From: Patescibacteria group bacterium
GTDB lineage: Bacteria > Patescibacteriota > Patescibacteriia > UBA1558 > GWA2-36-10
Length of the DNA: 64,000 nucleotides
NCBI GenBank assembly: GCA_018819405.1
Contig: JAHJQF010000001.1
Span: forward strand, 665,676 to 729,675
Direction: 5' to 3'
Each line of letters starts with the position of its first letter. Position 1 is the stretch's first letter. The notes beneath the pieces are model-generated. The model searched no databases. It was not told the DNA's origin and saw only the letters and a list, made by a program, of their open reading frames with translations. Positions 1 to 8,976 of the stretch are shown here, in pieces. A program made the position numbers and the translations under genes.

Positions 1-2
1 AT

Positions 3-704
3 GAGACTGCCAACTGGCAGAAGGCCAGGGACATGGCGGCCATGCTCTCTGGTGGATGGCACCAGATTATCTCGGCCGGCAGTAATGGTATTGCCTCGGC
101 GGCGGCAGCTGGTGTGCGGCAGATTCATCAGGTGCCTGTGCCTGGTCAGTTTTCTCACCTCAGGGTGCTCACTGACATCGGGGACTCATCCAACTACTTC
201 CCCTCAGAATCCAACGAGAACGACTACTTCGGCAACCTGAGCAAACTGGTTATGTGTCCCGACATCTGGGTCTTCTTTCCTGGACAGGATGGTACGGCCC
301 AGCAGCTGACTTCTGTGCTGCATCTGTTGCGTAAGGGCGTATTGTCCTTGCACTACAAGTGGATTGTTATGATGGACTCGGAAAATCCTCTGATCAACTG
401 GGGTACTGCCTTTCTCAAGATGCGTGATTCCAAGATCAGCTGGATCGTGACCGATGACATTGGTCGCATTGAGGAGCTGATCGACGATATCGAGTTTCGG
501 GCGATGGATCTCATTGTCCGTGTCTGGCAGGACTCTCAGCTTGATGGTGTCATGACCAGCCGGGAGCTTCGGCAGCAGGTGATGATGGCCGATCCTCGGA
601 TGGGCTACGATCTCTGTGAACGGATGATCAACAAGGCCGCCAGTTACGGCGACATCAAGATCACCGACAAGAGACACGTCAAGTCGTGGCTCAGCATCAG
701 CTAG
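3..704 (+). CDS. SLOG/LOG-fold (Smf/DprA-LOG) protein with C-terminal helical (wHTH-like) extension; 5' end probably outside the window
   Basis: Frame is open from position 3. Motifs IISAGSNGIASAAAAG and DIWVFFPGQDGTAQQL resemble LOG-family GG..G.M and PGGxGTxxE motifs in degenerate form. GC-rich. Confidence 0.5.
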   Translation, partial: ETANWQKARDMAAMLSGGWHQIISAGSNGIASAAAAGVRQIHQVPVPGQFSHLRVLTDIGDSSNYFPSESNENDYFGNLSKLVMCPDIWVFFPGQDGTAQQLTSVLHLLRKGVLSLHYKWIVMMDSENPLINWGTAFLKMRDSKISWIVTDDIGRIEELIDDIEFRAMDLIVRVWQDSQLDGVMTSRELRQQVMMADPRMGYDLCERMINKAASYGDIKITDKRHVKSWLSIS

Positions 705-716
705 AGCCGCTGTGTC

Positions 717-757
717 GGGGCCTCAACACACTACTGCGTGTGTCGGGGCCCTTTTTT
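717..757 (+). terminator. Intrinsic terminator
   Basis: GC-rich stem gggcctc-acac...gtgt-ggggccc followed by a T-run just after the stop codon. Confidence 0.7.
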
Positions 758-776
758 ATCTTGAGGACTTTGATTT

Positions 777-805
777 TTGACAAAAAATGTGATTTATTTT
801 AAGAT
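777..805 (+). promoter_or_regulatory. sigma70-type promoter
   Basis: TTGACA (777-782), 17-nt spacer, TAAGAT (800-805). Confidence 0.7.
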
Positions 806-861
806 AGCAAGCTAATTGTTCCCTTTGTCATGAGTCCACAAATCCGACATGGAGGTGTAAA

Positions 862-1185
862 ATGGTGTCTTACAAAGTCAAGCTACAACACGGCAAAATT
901 ACAGCAGTTGAGTTCTGGGAAGAAGGGCTCAGAGCCAGGTTTTGCAAGATCATGATTGAGAAGCTCTCAGAAACACGCTATTACACTACTACCAACTGGC
1001 TTGGTCGTGGTCAGGGTGGTCTGAATGTGACCAAGAGCTTGGCCAAGGCCTTGGCTGGCTTGCCTGAGGACTTTCAGTCCAAGGTGGAGAGGGCTTTTCA
1101 GATGGAAAGCCTCACGCCAGCAGACATCTGGCATATCTTTCCTGGTGCTGAGGTGATTACCCCTATCAAAAAAGTAAGGAGCTAG
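862..1185 (+). CDS. Hypothetical protein (GC-rich cassette)
   Basis: 107-aa ORF with SD GGAGGT upstream, directly after a promoter. Confidence 0.7.
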   Translation: MVSYKVKLQHGKITAVEFWEEGLRARFCKIMIEKLSETRYYTTTNWLGRGQGGLNVTKSLAKALAGLPEDFQSKVERAFQMESLTPADIWHIFPGAEVITPIKKVRS

Positions 1186-1187
1186 TC

Positions 1188-1397
1188 ATGTCAGACATGG
1201 AGAAGCTAAAAGCCAAGATCATGGAGCTGGTCAGAGAAGGTGGTGTTAGCCATCGTTATACCCGCGATTTTCTAGTGGGACAGGTCGCTTGGCATGAACA
1301 TGTCAGCTACAAAGTGGCTGACGCGGCCTTTGGGCAGCTGGTCAGAGAAGGTGTCATCGCCTTTGGCGGTGAAGAAAGCATGGTTGTCATAGTCTAG
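1188..1397 (+). CDS. Small hypothetical protein, winged-helix-like
   Basis: 69 aa, SD AGGAG; C-terminal ADAAFGQLVREGVI resembles a wHTH recognition helix and wing. Confidence 0.65.
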   Translation: MSDMEKLKAKIMELVREGGVSHRYTRDFLVGQVAWHEHVSYKVADAAFGQLVREGVIAFGGEESMVVIV

Positions 1398-1408
1398 GGA
1401 GGTCATGG

Positions 1409-1618
1409 ATGTACAGCACAGCTGAAGCGGCCAGACTCATCTTGCAACATATGCAGGAACAGTGTTTGCTCAAGTTTGAGCGTCGTGATCTGGTCATGTG
1501 GATGCGTACAGTTCACAGCAGTCAGTGTAACGACTGCATTTCTGAAGAAGCCATTGACATGTTGGCGGCCGAAGGTACTGTTGAATCGCTAGGTGATATC
1601 ATAGTATTGGAAAACTGA
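1409..1618 (+). CDS. Small hypothetical protein, winged-helix-like, probable paralog of the upstream ORF
   Basis: 69 aa, SD GGAGG; SEEAIDMLAAEGTV parallels the upstream ORF. Confidence 0.65.
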   Translation: MYSTAEAARLILQHMQEQCLLKFERRDLVMWMRTVHSSQCNDCISEEAIDMLAAEGTVESLGDIIVLEN

Positions 1619-1699
1619 AGCAGACTGATCTAAATAAAACAGGTGATCGTCAATTGTCATCTAGGCTAGAGCAGGCTGTATAGGCCTAGGAAGAAAAGC

Positions 1700-1922
1700 G
1701 AAAAAGGAGCATAGGCTATCATAGCAGGCTCCTTTTTCTTTTGTTTTCTTTTGCCACTTTTTGGCAGCAAAAAGTGGCGCAAAAACTGCCTCACAGTAGA
1801 AAAATTTTGGAATTTGTTGCTACTAGTCGCTATTTTTGTGAACTCGCCCTCGCTACGCTCGTAGCTCAAACAACACAAAAATAGCCGCGACTATCCGCGG
1901 CCAAATTCTGGCAATTTTTCTA
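1700..1922. repeat. Structured intergenic element (three stem-loops, REP/MITE-like)
   Basis: Stems at 1700-1738 and 1753-1778, plus a long interrupted hairpin 1797-1922 with apex ctcgccctcgctacgctcg, between convergent genes. Confidence 0.6.
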
Positions 1923-1930
1923 AAGTTCGG

Positions 1931-2578
1931 TTATTTATTAAGCATTTTATCTACTATATAGGCGTTATTTTCTAGGATTTCTTTAATGTACTCTTTTTCA
2001 TTTTCGTTTAATTCTTTCTTTAATAAGGCAAACATAGTCTTAGTTTTAGCTTGATATCTGTACCACAACCATTCTTCTTTTTGTGCAGCTAGATTTTTAC
2101 TTGTATATTTTATATTTATTATAAAAAACAAATCTCCTGATGCAACTTCACGGTTTCTTTTAAAATGAGCAGCTCCAATATTATTGATACTTTCTTGATA
2201 CATACTATTTACTAAAGAGTCTTCATATAGTTTGTTAGTTGTAAATGCAGAATTATCAATTTCTTTATTTAAAGTGGTAGTATATAAGGAGAATGATATA
2301 TTTGTGGCCTGATCATGACCTATATTTTTTAGGAAAAAATTCACGTCCATATTCTCAAAATTATTATCTTCTTCGTTATCGGATAATTCTATGGATGGTG
2401 TAAGTAATACTAAGTTAGCTTCATTTAGAGGGTTGAGTTTTGACGACCAGTATATAGAATAGATAGAAGTGCCTATAGAAACTATTAAAGCAAATATAGA
2501 TATTCCTATAGATATTCCTATAGGTAATTTACTGTTTTTTGGCCAATTGATGATTTTGATTTTTTTAGGTAAATCCAT
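1931..2578 (-). CDS. Hypothetical membrane-anchored protein
   Basis: 215-aa ORF with one N-terminal hydrophobic segment; very AT-rich. Confidence 0.75.
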   Translation of the reverse strand: MDLPKKIKIINWPKNSKLPIGISIGISIFALIVSIGTSIYSIYWSSKLNPLNEANLVLLTPSIELSDNEEDNNFENMDVNFFLKNIGHDQATNISFSLYTTTLNKEIDNSAFTTNKLYEDSLVNSMYQESINNIGAAHFKRNREVASGDLFFIINIKYTSKNLAAQKEEWLWYRYQAKTKTMFALLKKELNENEKEYIKEILENNAYIVDKMLNK

Positions 2579-2580
2579 TT

Positions 2581-3873
2581 TTATTGTATAGTCAAATAAA
2601 AATTTTCTTCGGGAGTGAGAATAAAAAGTCTATCTCCTTTTTTGTTGAACAAATACATTTTCTTGCGGGGATTTTCCAAAAGATTGATGGTATTACGCTG
2701 GTCACGTCCGTCTATTTCAATCAGATTGGTGCGATCATTTATCTCAGAGATAAAATAACTACCATTGGGATGCCACATAATCTCCGAAACTAGATTGGAA
2801 GACCTATCAATCAGGCTTTGCCACTGATTTTTGTAATCAAAAAGGATTATTTCATGACCATTCGAAAGAAGTAGTCTCTCGTCGTGAAGCTCTGCCAAAG
2901 TCACTGGGATAGTGACCAGATCCTGAAAAGTATTTTTTATGTATAGCTTGGAGCCCATCAAGAAAATAAGATAATTATTGTCTGCTAGTAGGATTCTCAA
3001 ATTTCCGATACTGGCATCATTGATAAATTGTTTTGATTCTAGGGTGTAGCGGTCAAACTGCTCTATATAATTTTCTTTATCCAGAGTGTACTGGACAATC
3101 AGCCAGTTGCCTTCTATATCAAAGTCATTTATAGATTGATCAATTTCCAAGAGCTTATCAGGATAAGCAGAAGAGTCCCAAGGCTCTCGTCTTTCTTTTC
3201 GGTATAGTTTATTATCTTTGAGATATATAAAGGTAGAAGAATTTTCTTCCCAAAGTATTTTTTGGATTTTGTCCAAGAGCAGAGGAGTTAGAGTTTTTTG
3301 GTTGATATCAAAATAAAAATATTCGCTTTGATTTTTTAAAAGCATCATTTGATTGTCAGCTGACCAGTCTACTAGGTCAAAGTCTTCTTCCAGATTGAAG
3401 ACATCAAATTTTTTACCTTGCTCTACATCAGTAATTATCAATTTATTTTCGTCAATATAAGCGTATTGATATTTTTGTTTGTTTATCAAAAATCTGTCAC
3501 TGCCCTGACCCAAAAGAGTTTTTTCTCTGTTTTCCAAAAATAAAACAATATCTTCGGCAAAAGTAGTCTCGCCTGAGGAGACGTCAAGATTTTTTTGCCA
3601 ACTAACATATTTATTTTTACTGACCACTATTTTGTGTTTGCCTGGTTTTATGTTGAGCACCTGACTGGGGGTTTGACGTTTACTTTTTTGGTCATCCACA
3701 TAGATATCAGCCCCTCGGGGGTATGACTTAATATAAAAAGCGCCATTTTTTTCAATATTGCCAGTATCAAAATCATAGCGATAACCTAAAGAATAGACCG
3801 TTAGTAATGGGGCTATTATAAAAAATAAGAGAAAAAAGAAAGAATATGTAAGTCTACGCAGTGTTTTTTCCAT
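2581..3873 (-). CDS. PEGA-domain protein with probable beta-propeller C-terminus
   Basis: N-terminal TM helix followed by GAFYIKSYPRGADIYVDD...TP...IKPGKHKIVVSKNKYVSW (PEGA pattern); architecture typical of CPR. Confidence 0.85.
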   Translation of the reverse strand: MEKTLRRLTYSFFFLLFFIIAPLLTVYSLGYRYDFDTGNIEKNGAFYIKSYPRGADIYVDDQKSKRQTPSQVLNIKPGKHKIVVSKNKYVSWQKNLDVSSGETTFAEDIVLFLENREKTLLGQGSDRFLINKQKYQYAYIDENKLIITDVEQGKKFDVFNLEEDFDLVDWSADNQMMLLKNQSEYFYFDINQKTLTPLLLDKIQKILWEENSSTFIYLKDNKLYRKERREPWDSSAYPDKLLEIDQSINDFDIEGNWLIVQYTLDKENYIEQFDRYTLESKQFINDASIGNLRILLADNNYLIFLMGSKLYIKNTFQDLVTIPVTLAELHDERLLLSNGHEIILFDYKNQWQSLIDRSSNLVSEIMWHPNGSYFISEINDRTNLIEIDGRDQRNTINLLENPRKKMYLFNKKGDRLFILTPEENFYLTIQ

Positions 3874-3945
3874 CCCGTATAGAAATTAATTAATTAGTTT
3901 TTTTGTAAAAATTTTAGCTAATTTTTGACTTTGTCCCTTAGAATT
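3873..3945 (-). repeat. Degenerate CCCGTT-family arm(s) at a start codon
   Basis: Minus strand reads aatttctatacggg-ATG at the PEGA gene start; a second decayed arm aattctaaggga lies at 3934-3945. Confidence 0.55.
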
Positions 3946-4032
3946 ATGATAGTGAATCTATAATGAGACACGCCTTGTTATAAATCCGGTTTTGAGGTAT
4001 TATTTATATTGTAAATTTAATATTACTATACT

Positions 4033-5340
4033 ATGTCTAGTTTTATTATTCAAGGTGGAAAAAGCCTAGGAGGATCAATCAAAGTAGCAGGTTTTAAAAA
4101 TGCTGCTACTCCTATTATTGCCGCTTGTTTGTTGTCCAAAGAAGAAATCACATTACACAATGTGCCGCTTATTGAAGATGTCAAAAGAATGATCCAGATT
4201 TTGGTCTCTATGGGAGCTAAAGTCACTTGGAGTGACAAAAATAGCGTCAAGATTAATTGTGCGGATGTTGATCCATCTAAAATGGATATGAAACTGGTCT
4301 CTACTATGAGATCCTCCACACTACTTATGGGAGCATTAGTCGGCCGCTTTGGAAAACTGACTACCAAAGAGCCGGGCGGATGCAACATTGGGTCTCGTCC
4401 TTTGGACGCCCATTTTTTGGGTTTTAGTAAATTAGGTATTGATGTGATCAGAGACAAAGAAGATGACCGTTTTTATACTTTAGAAAAAAAACGTCCAGCG
4501 GAAGAAGAAATCACTTTGAGTGAATTTTCTGTGACCGGTACTGAAAATATGATTTTGGCTTCGGTATTAAACCAAGGCAAAGTACAAATAAATATTGCTG
4601 CGGCTGAGCCTTCAGTCCAGGATTTGTGCTGGTTTTTGCAATCAATGGGGGCAGATATAGAAGGTGTGGGCACTCATACTTTGGTTATACAAGGGGTCAA
4701 AAAGCTCAAAGGCGCCGAATATTACGTAATGCCAGATCCGATTGAGACCGGTACTTTTATATCACTAGCTGGTGCTACCCGTTCTAAGTTTGTCATAGAA
4801 AATGTGGCTCCTGATTTTATTGCTTTGGAAATTGAAAAATATCGTGAAGTTGGTTTGAAGATGGATATTAAATATATTGACCTAAAACCAAACGGTAAAT
4901 ATAGACTGGCCAATATTACGGTGGACGGCAAAGTAGAGCTAAAAGCTATCAAAAAGCTTCATGACATGCCTCATCCAGGCTTTGCCCCAGATCTTATCCA
5001 GCCTTTTACAGTTATGATGACTCAGGCTCAGGGCACTTCATTGATACATGATTGGATGTATGACGGAAGGCTCAAGTATATAGCCGAGCTCAAAAAAATG
5101 GGAGCTAATATTGTCGTGTCTGATCCCCACAGGATAGTAGTGATAGGTCCTTCGCCTTTGTTTGGTAAGGAAATAACCAGTTTTGATTTACGAGCTGGAG
5201 CAACACTTATTATTGCCGCTTTATCAGCTTCGGGAGAATCCAAACTAACTAATATCTATCAGGTAGATAGAGGATACGAAATGCTTGATAATCGTTTGTC
5301 ACAATTGGGAGCCAAAATACAAAGAGTTGACCAAGATTAA
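4033..5340 (+). CDS. murA: UDP-N-acetylglucosamine 1-carboxyvinyltransferase
   Basis: GFKNAATP, PGGCNIGSRPLDAH (catalytic Cys loop), SVTGTEN, DLRAGA, DRGYE. Confidence 0.97.
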   Translation: MSSFIIQGGKSLGGSIKVAGFKNAATPIIAACLLSKEEITLHNVPLIEDVKRMIQILVSMGAKVTWSDKNSVKINCADVDPSKMDMKLVSTMRSSTLLMGALVGRFGKLTTKEPGGCNIGSRPLDAHFLGFSKLGIDVIRDKEDDRFYTLEKKRPAEEEITLSEFSVTGTENMILASVLNQGKVQINIAAAEPSVQDLCWFLQSMGADIEGVGTHTLVIQGVKKLKGAEYYVMPDPIETGTFISLAGATRSKFVIENVAPDFIALEIEKYREVGLKMDIKYIDLKPNGKYRLANITVDGKVELKAIKKLHDMPHPGFAPDLIQPFTVMMTQAQGTSLIHDWMYDGRLKYIAELKKMGANIVVSDPHRIVVIGPSPLFGKEITSFDLRAGATLIIAALSASGESKLTNIYQVDRGYEMLDNRLSQLGAKIQRVDQD

Positions 5341-5361
5341 GAATTTAAAAATATAAAATAT

Positions 5362-6636
5362 ATGGACCAATTTAGCACTGGTAATCAGTTTTCGGTTGAA
5401 AAAAAGAAATCTTTATGGATTAAATTAGCCAAAATATATGCTCTTGCCTTATTTATTCTGGCTATTTTTATTTTTGGCTTAGCCTTGGGCAAAAGCACTA
5501 GTCAGTCTCCTAAAGATTCAGGTCAAGTACTCAAATATACAGCCAATGAATTAAAAAATATATTTTCAGATAACAATAATGATATAGATGTAGAACTATT
5601 TTCTGAGGTTTGGAATATTATACACAATGATTATTTGGATAAAAATCAGATAAATGATAAAGATTTATTTTATGGAGCATTAGCTGGCATGGTAGATAGT
5701 TTGGGTGATCCTCATTCTACATTTTTTGATCCCAAAATCACTCGTGAGTTTTCTCAGGAGCTTGAGGGTAGTTTTTATGGCATTGGTGCTGAGATAGGAC
5801 GAAAAAATGGTTGGATTGTAGTAGTAGCGCCGCTACCAAACACACCAGCTGATAACGCTGGTTTAAAAGCGGGAGACAAAATATTGGCTATTGATGGCAT
5901 TGATGCTACTACCATATCAGTAGATAAGGCAGTCAGTCTCATTAGAGGAGACAAAGGTAAAGAAGTAATATTGACTATTTATTCTGAAGATGATGAGGCA
6001 GCTCGTGAGGTGTCTATCATCAGAGATAAGATTGATATACCAAGCGTGGTTTACAAACTGGAAAATAATATTGCTATTGTAGAATTGACCAATTTTAATG
6101 ATGATACTGATAAGCGTTTTTCCAAAGTAGCTCAACAGATAATCAATGATAATCCAAAAGGAATAATTTTGGATATGAGGAACAATCCAGGGGGCTATTT
6201 GGCAACCTCTGTGTCCATTGCCAGTTATTGGCTGGAGCCAGGTCAAGTTGTGGTCCGAGAATCTTTTTCTGACAAGAGAAAAGACAATGATTATAAAGCA
6301 GAAAATGCTATTAGTCTGGCTCAGTTTAAGACCGTGGTACTAGTCAACGAAGGCTCAGCTTCAGCTTCGGAAATTGTTGCCGGCGCACTTCAGGATTATG
6401 GTATAGCTAAAGTGGTGGGTATGACTACTTTTGGTAAGGGTTCAGTCCAGGAGCTGGTAAGCCTGTCAGATAACTCATCAGTCAAAATTACAGTTGCCCG
6501 TTGGCTGACACCAAATGGACGGACTATAGAAGGTCAAGGAGTGGTGCCAGATGTGGAAATAGATTTGACTACTGATGATTACAACAACGACCTTGATCCA
6601 CAGTTAGACAAGGCCAAAGAAATGATTTTTGAATAA
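5362..6636 (+). CDS. ctpA: C-terminal processing peptidase S41 with PDZ domain
   Basis: DPHS, GIGAEI, LDMRNNPGG, SASASEIVAGALQD, TFGKGSVQ. Confidence 0.95.
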   Translation: MDQFSTGNQFSVEKKKSLWIKLAKIYALALFILAIFIFGLALGKSTSQSPKDSGQVLKYTANELKNIFSDNNNDIDVELFSEVWNIIHNDYLDKNQINDKDLFYGALAGMVDSLGDPHSTFFDPKITREFSQELEGSFYGIGAEIGRKNGWIVVVAPLPNTPADNAGLKAGDKILAIDGIDATTISVDKAVSLIRGDKGKEVILTIYSEDDEAAREVSIIRDKIDIPSVVYKLENNIAIVELTNFNDDTDKRFSKVAQQIINDNPKGIILDMRNNPGGYLATSVSIASYWLEPGQVVVRESFSDKRKDNDYKAENAISLAQFKTVVLVNEGSASASEIVAGALQDYGIAKVVGMTTFGKGSVQELVSLSDNSSVKITVARWLTPNGRTIEGQGVVPDVEIDLTTDDYNNDLDPQLDKAKEMIFE

Positions 6637-6638
6637 CA

Positions 6639-7088
6639 ATGAAAGTAGTATTAATTGAAAATATAAATTCTCTGGGCAAGAAAGGGGATATAAAAGATGT
6701 GTCCGATGGTTATGCGGCCAATTTTTTGTTGCCACATGGCCTGGTAGTTTTGGCTACCAGTGAAAATATCGCCAAGTGGCAGGCTCAGGAAAAACAAATT
6801 CAGCAAAATACAGATTTGCGTCAGGAAAATTATGATAAGATTGCCAAGACTCTCAACAAACAAAGTTTGACTTTTGCGGGTAAAGTATCGGAAAAAGATA
6901 TATTATTTCAAGGGATATCACCCAAGGACATCGTCACAAGTATCAAGGAAAAATTTAATCTTGATATCAATGAAAAATGGTTTGTAAAATCAGAACATTT
7001 CAAAACGACAGGTAGGCATTCTGTTTTTTTGAGACTACCAAACAATAAATTAATTAGTTTTTTTATTAATATTAACCCCGTTAAATAA
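6639..7088 (+). CDS. rplI: 50S ribosomal protein L9
   Basis: MKVVLIENINSLGKKGDIKDVSDGYAANFLLP N-terminal signature. Confidence 0.95.
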   Translation: MKVVLIENINSLGKKGDIKDVSDGYAANFLLPHGLVVLATSENIAKWQAQEKQIQQNTDLRQENYDKIAKTLNKQSLTFAGKVSEKDILFQGISPKDIVTSIKEKFNLDINEKWFVKSEHFKTTGRHSVFLRLPNNKLISFFININPVK

Positions 7089-7210
7089 TAAATAGCTATG
7101 GCTATTTATTAAATTTAATTTATATTTGTGATTAGAGAGAATATGATTTATAATTTTATATATTCAATTAATTATAATTTCCCGTTATTAAATTTATTTA
7201 ACGGGGTTAA
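7072..7210. mobile_element. CCCGTT-family palindromic insertion at the 3' end of rplI
   Basis: TTAA[ccccgttaaataa...ttatttaacgggg]TTAA with a 13-bp perfect inverted repeat. Removal restores rplI ending ININAA* 5 nt before the pyrG ATG. Confidence 0.8.
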
Positions 7211-7225
7211 CGCAGCATAGTCAAT

Positions 7226-8833
7226 ATGGCCAAAACAAAATACATTTTCATAACCGGCGGTGTTTGCTCAGGATTGGGTAAGGGGATTGCTTCTGCCTCA
7301 ATTGGGGCAATACTCAAGTCAGCCGGTTATTCTGTTTTTACCAGCAAGCTTGATCCTTATCTTAATATTGATCCGGGTACCATGAGTCCTTATCAGCATG
7401 GGGAAGTATTTGTGACAGACGATGGTACAGAGACTGATCTTGATTTGGGTCACTATGAGAGATTTATAGATACGTCTCTCTCCAAGCTTTCCAATCTGAC
7501 AACTGGTCGGGTCTATGAAAAAGTGTTGCAAGGTGAAAGAAGTGGTACTTATCTTGGCAAAACCATACAGATTGTGCCGCACATTACCAATGAAATAAAA
7601 GATTATATCAGAAGGGCCGCTACAGAATCCAAAGCTGATTTTTTGTTGACCGAAATTGGTGGTACAGTCGGAGACATTGAAGGTGAGCCTTTTTTGGAAG
7701 CTTTGCGTCAGTTTCACAATGAAATGGGTGATGAAAATGTCATGTTTGTGCATTTGACACTTTTGCCATATCTGACAGCTTCAATGGAACTCAAGACCAA
7801 ACCAACTCAAATGTCTGTCAGAGAATTACACCGTCGGGGTATTCAGCCGGATATTATATTAGCTAGAAGTGATCTCAAAATTGGTCAAGATGAACTGTAT
7901 AAAATTGCTATGTTTGCTGATATTGATCCCAAAGCGGTCATACCAGCGCTGACAGTCAGTAGCATCTATGAAGTACCGCTCAATTTTGAAAAACATGGTC
8001 ACATCTCTGATATAATTTTCAAAAAAATGAATTTGCCAAAGAGAAAACCAAAGCTAGACGATTGGGAGGCACTTATCAAGCGTATCAAAACTACCAAAAA
8101 GAAATTGCCTATTGCCCTGGTCGGCAAGTACAACGAAAATATAGATGCTTATATCAGTGTGATAGAAGCTATCAAATCAGCCTGTTATCACAATGGTGTC
8201 AAATTAGATTTGGTTTGGATTCATTCCGGTAAGTTGGAAAAAGGTGACAAAAAAGAATACGACAAACTCAAAAAAGTAAAAGGTATTATTGTACCAGGTG
8301 GTTTTGGTCATCGTGGAGTAGAAGGCAAAATTATGGCTGCTAAATATGCCCGTGAAAACAAAAAACCCTATCTTGGTCTTTGTCTTGGTATGCAGGTAGC
8401 TACTATTGAATTTGCTCGCCATGTCTTGGGCACCAAAGATGCTAATAGTACTGAGTTTGACAAAAATACCAAAAATCCAGTTATACACATATTGCCAGGG
8501 CACACTGAAGACGAAGACAAAGGTGGCACCCTGAGACTCGGTGCTTATCCTTGTGTCTTGGATAAAGATTCGCTGAGCTACAAAGCTTATGGGGAGACTA
8601 AGATTTCCGAGCGTCATCGCCATCGTTATGAATTCAACAATGATTATCTAGAAGTACTGGAAAAAGCTGGTATGAGATTTGCTGGTATGAGTCCAGATGG
8701 CAAGCTGGTAGAAATCATAGAATACAAAGACCATCCATATTTTGTGGCATCTCAATTTCATCCGGAATTTAAATCCCGACCACTAAGACCACATCCACTA
8801 TTTCGAGATTTTATTAAAGCAGCTGTAAAATAA
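7226..8833 (+). CDS. pyrG: CTP synthase
   Basis: TKYIFITGGVCSGLGKG, DPYLNIDPGTMSP, LGLCLGMQ, ERHRHRYE, QFHPEF. Confidence 0.98.
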   Translation: MAKTKYIFITGGVCSGLGKGIASASIGAILKSAGYSVFTSKLDPYLNIDPGTMSPYQHGEVFVTDDGTETDLDLGHYERFIDTSLSKLSNLTTGRVYEKVLQGERSGTYLGKTIQIVPHITNEIKDYIRRAATESKADFLLTEIGGTVGDIEGEPFLEALRQFHNEMGDENVMFVHLTLLPYLTASMELKTKPTQMSVRELHRRGIQPDIILARSDLKIGQDELYKIAMFADIDPKAVIPALTVSSIYEVPLNFEKHGHISDIIFKKMNLPKRKPKLDDWEALIKRIKTTKKKLPIALVGKYNENIDAYISVIEAIKSACYHNGVKLDLVWIHSGKLEKGDKKEYDKLKKVKGIIVPGGFGHRGVEGKIMAAKYARENKKPYLGLCLGMQVATIEFARHVLGTKDANSTEFDKNTKNPVIHILPGHTEDEDKGGTLRLGAYPCVLDKDSLSYKAYGETKISERHRHRYEFNNDYLEVLEKAGMRFAGMSPDGKLVEIIEYKDHPYFVASQFHPEFKSRPLRPHPLFRDFIKAAVK

Positions 8834-8840
8834 ATTTAAA

Positions 8841-8876
8841 AACAACCCTGCACCATCACGGTGCAGGGTCGTTTTT
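8841..8876 (+). terminator. Intrinsic terminator of pyrG
   Basis: accctgcacc-atcac-ggtgcagggt followed by a T-run. Confidence 0.75.
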
Positions 8877-8904
8877 ATTTTGGATAAAAATTGACAAAAG
8901 AAAA

Positions 8905-8934
8905 CGGGTCGGGAATCGTGTGATTCCCGACCCG
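8905..8934 (-). terminator. Intrinsic terminator of a minus-strand cassette
   Basis: cgggtcgggaatc-gtgt-gattcccgacccg with an A-run on its left. Confidence 0.7.
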
Positions 8935-8976
8935 CAAGCGGACGTTTAGTCCATGAGTGTGGTCACATCATGTGGT

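Noticed and set aside
8845-8869. ccctgcacc/ggtgcaggg hairpin as a member of the 62126 sister family
   Set aside because: No flanking direct repeat; position and T-run are fully explained by a pyrG terminator.
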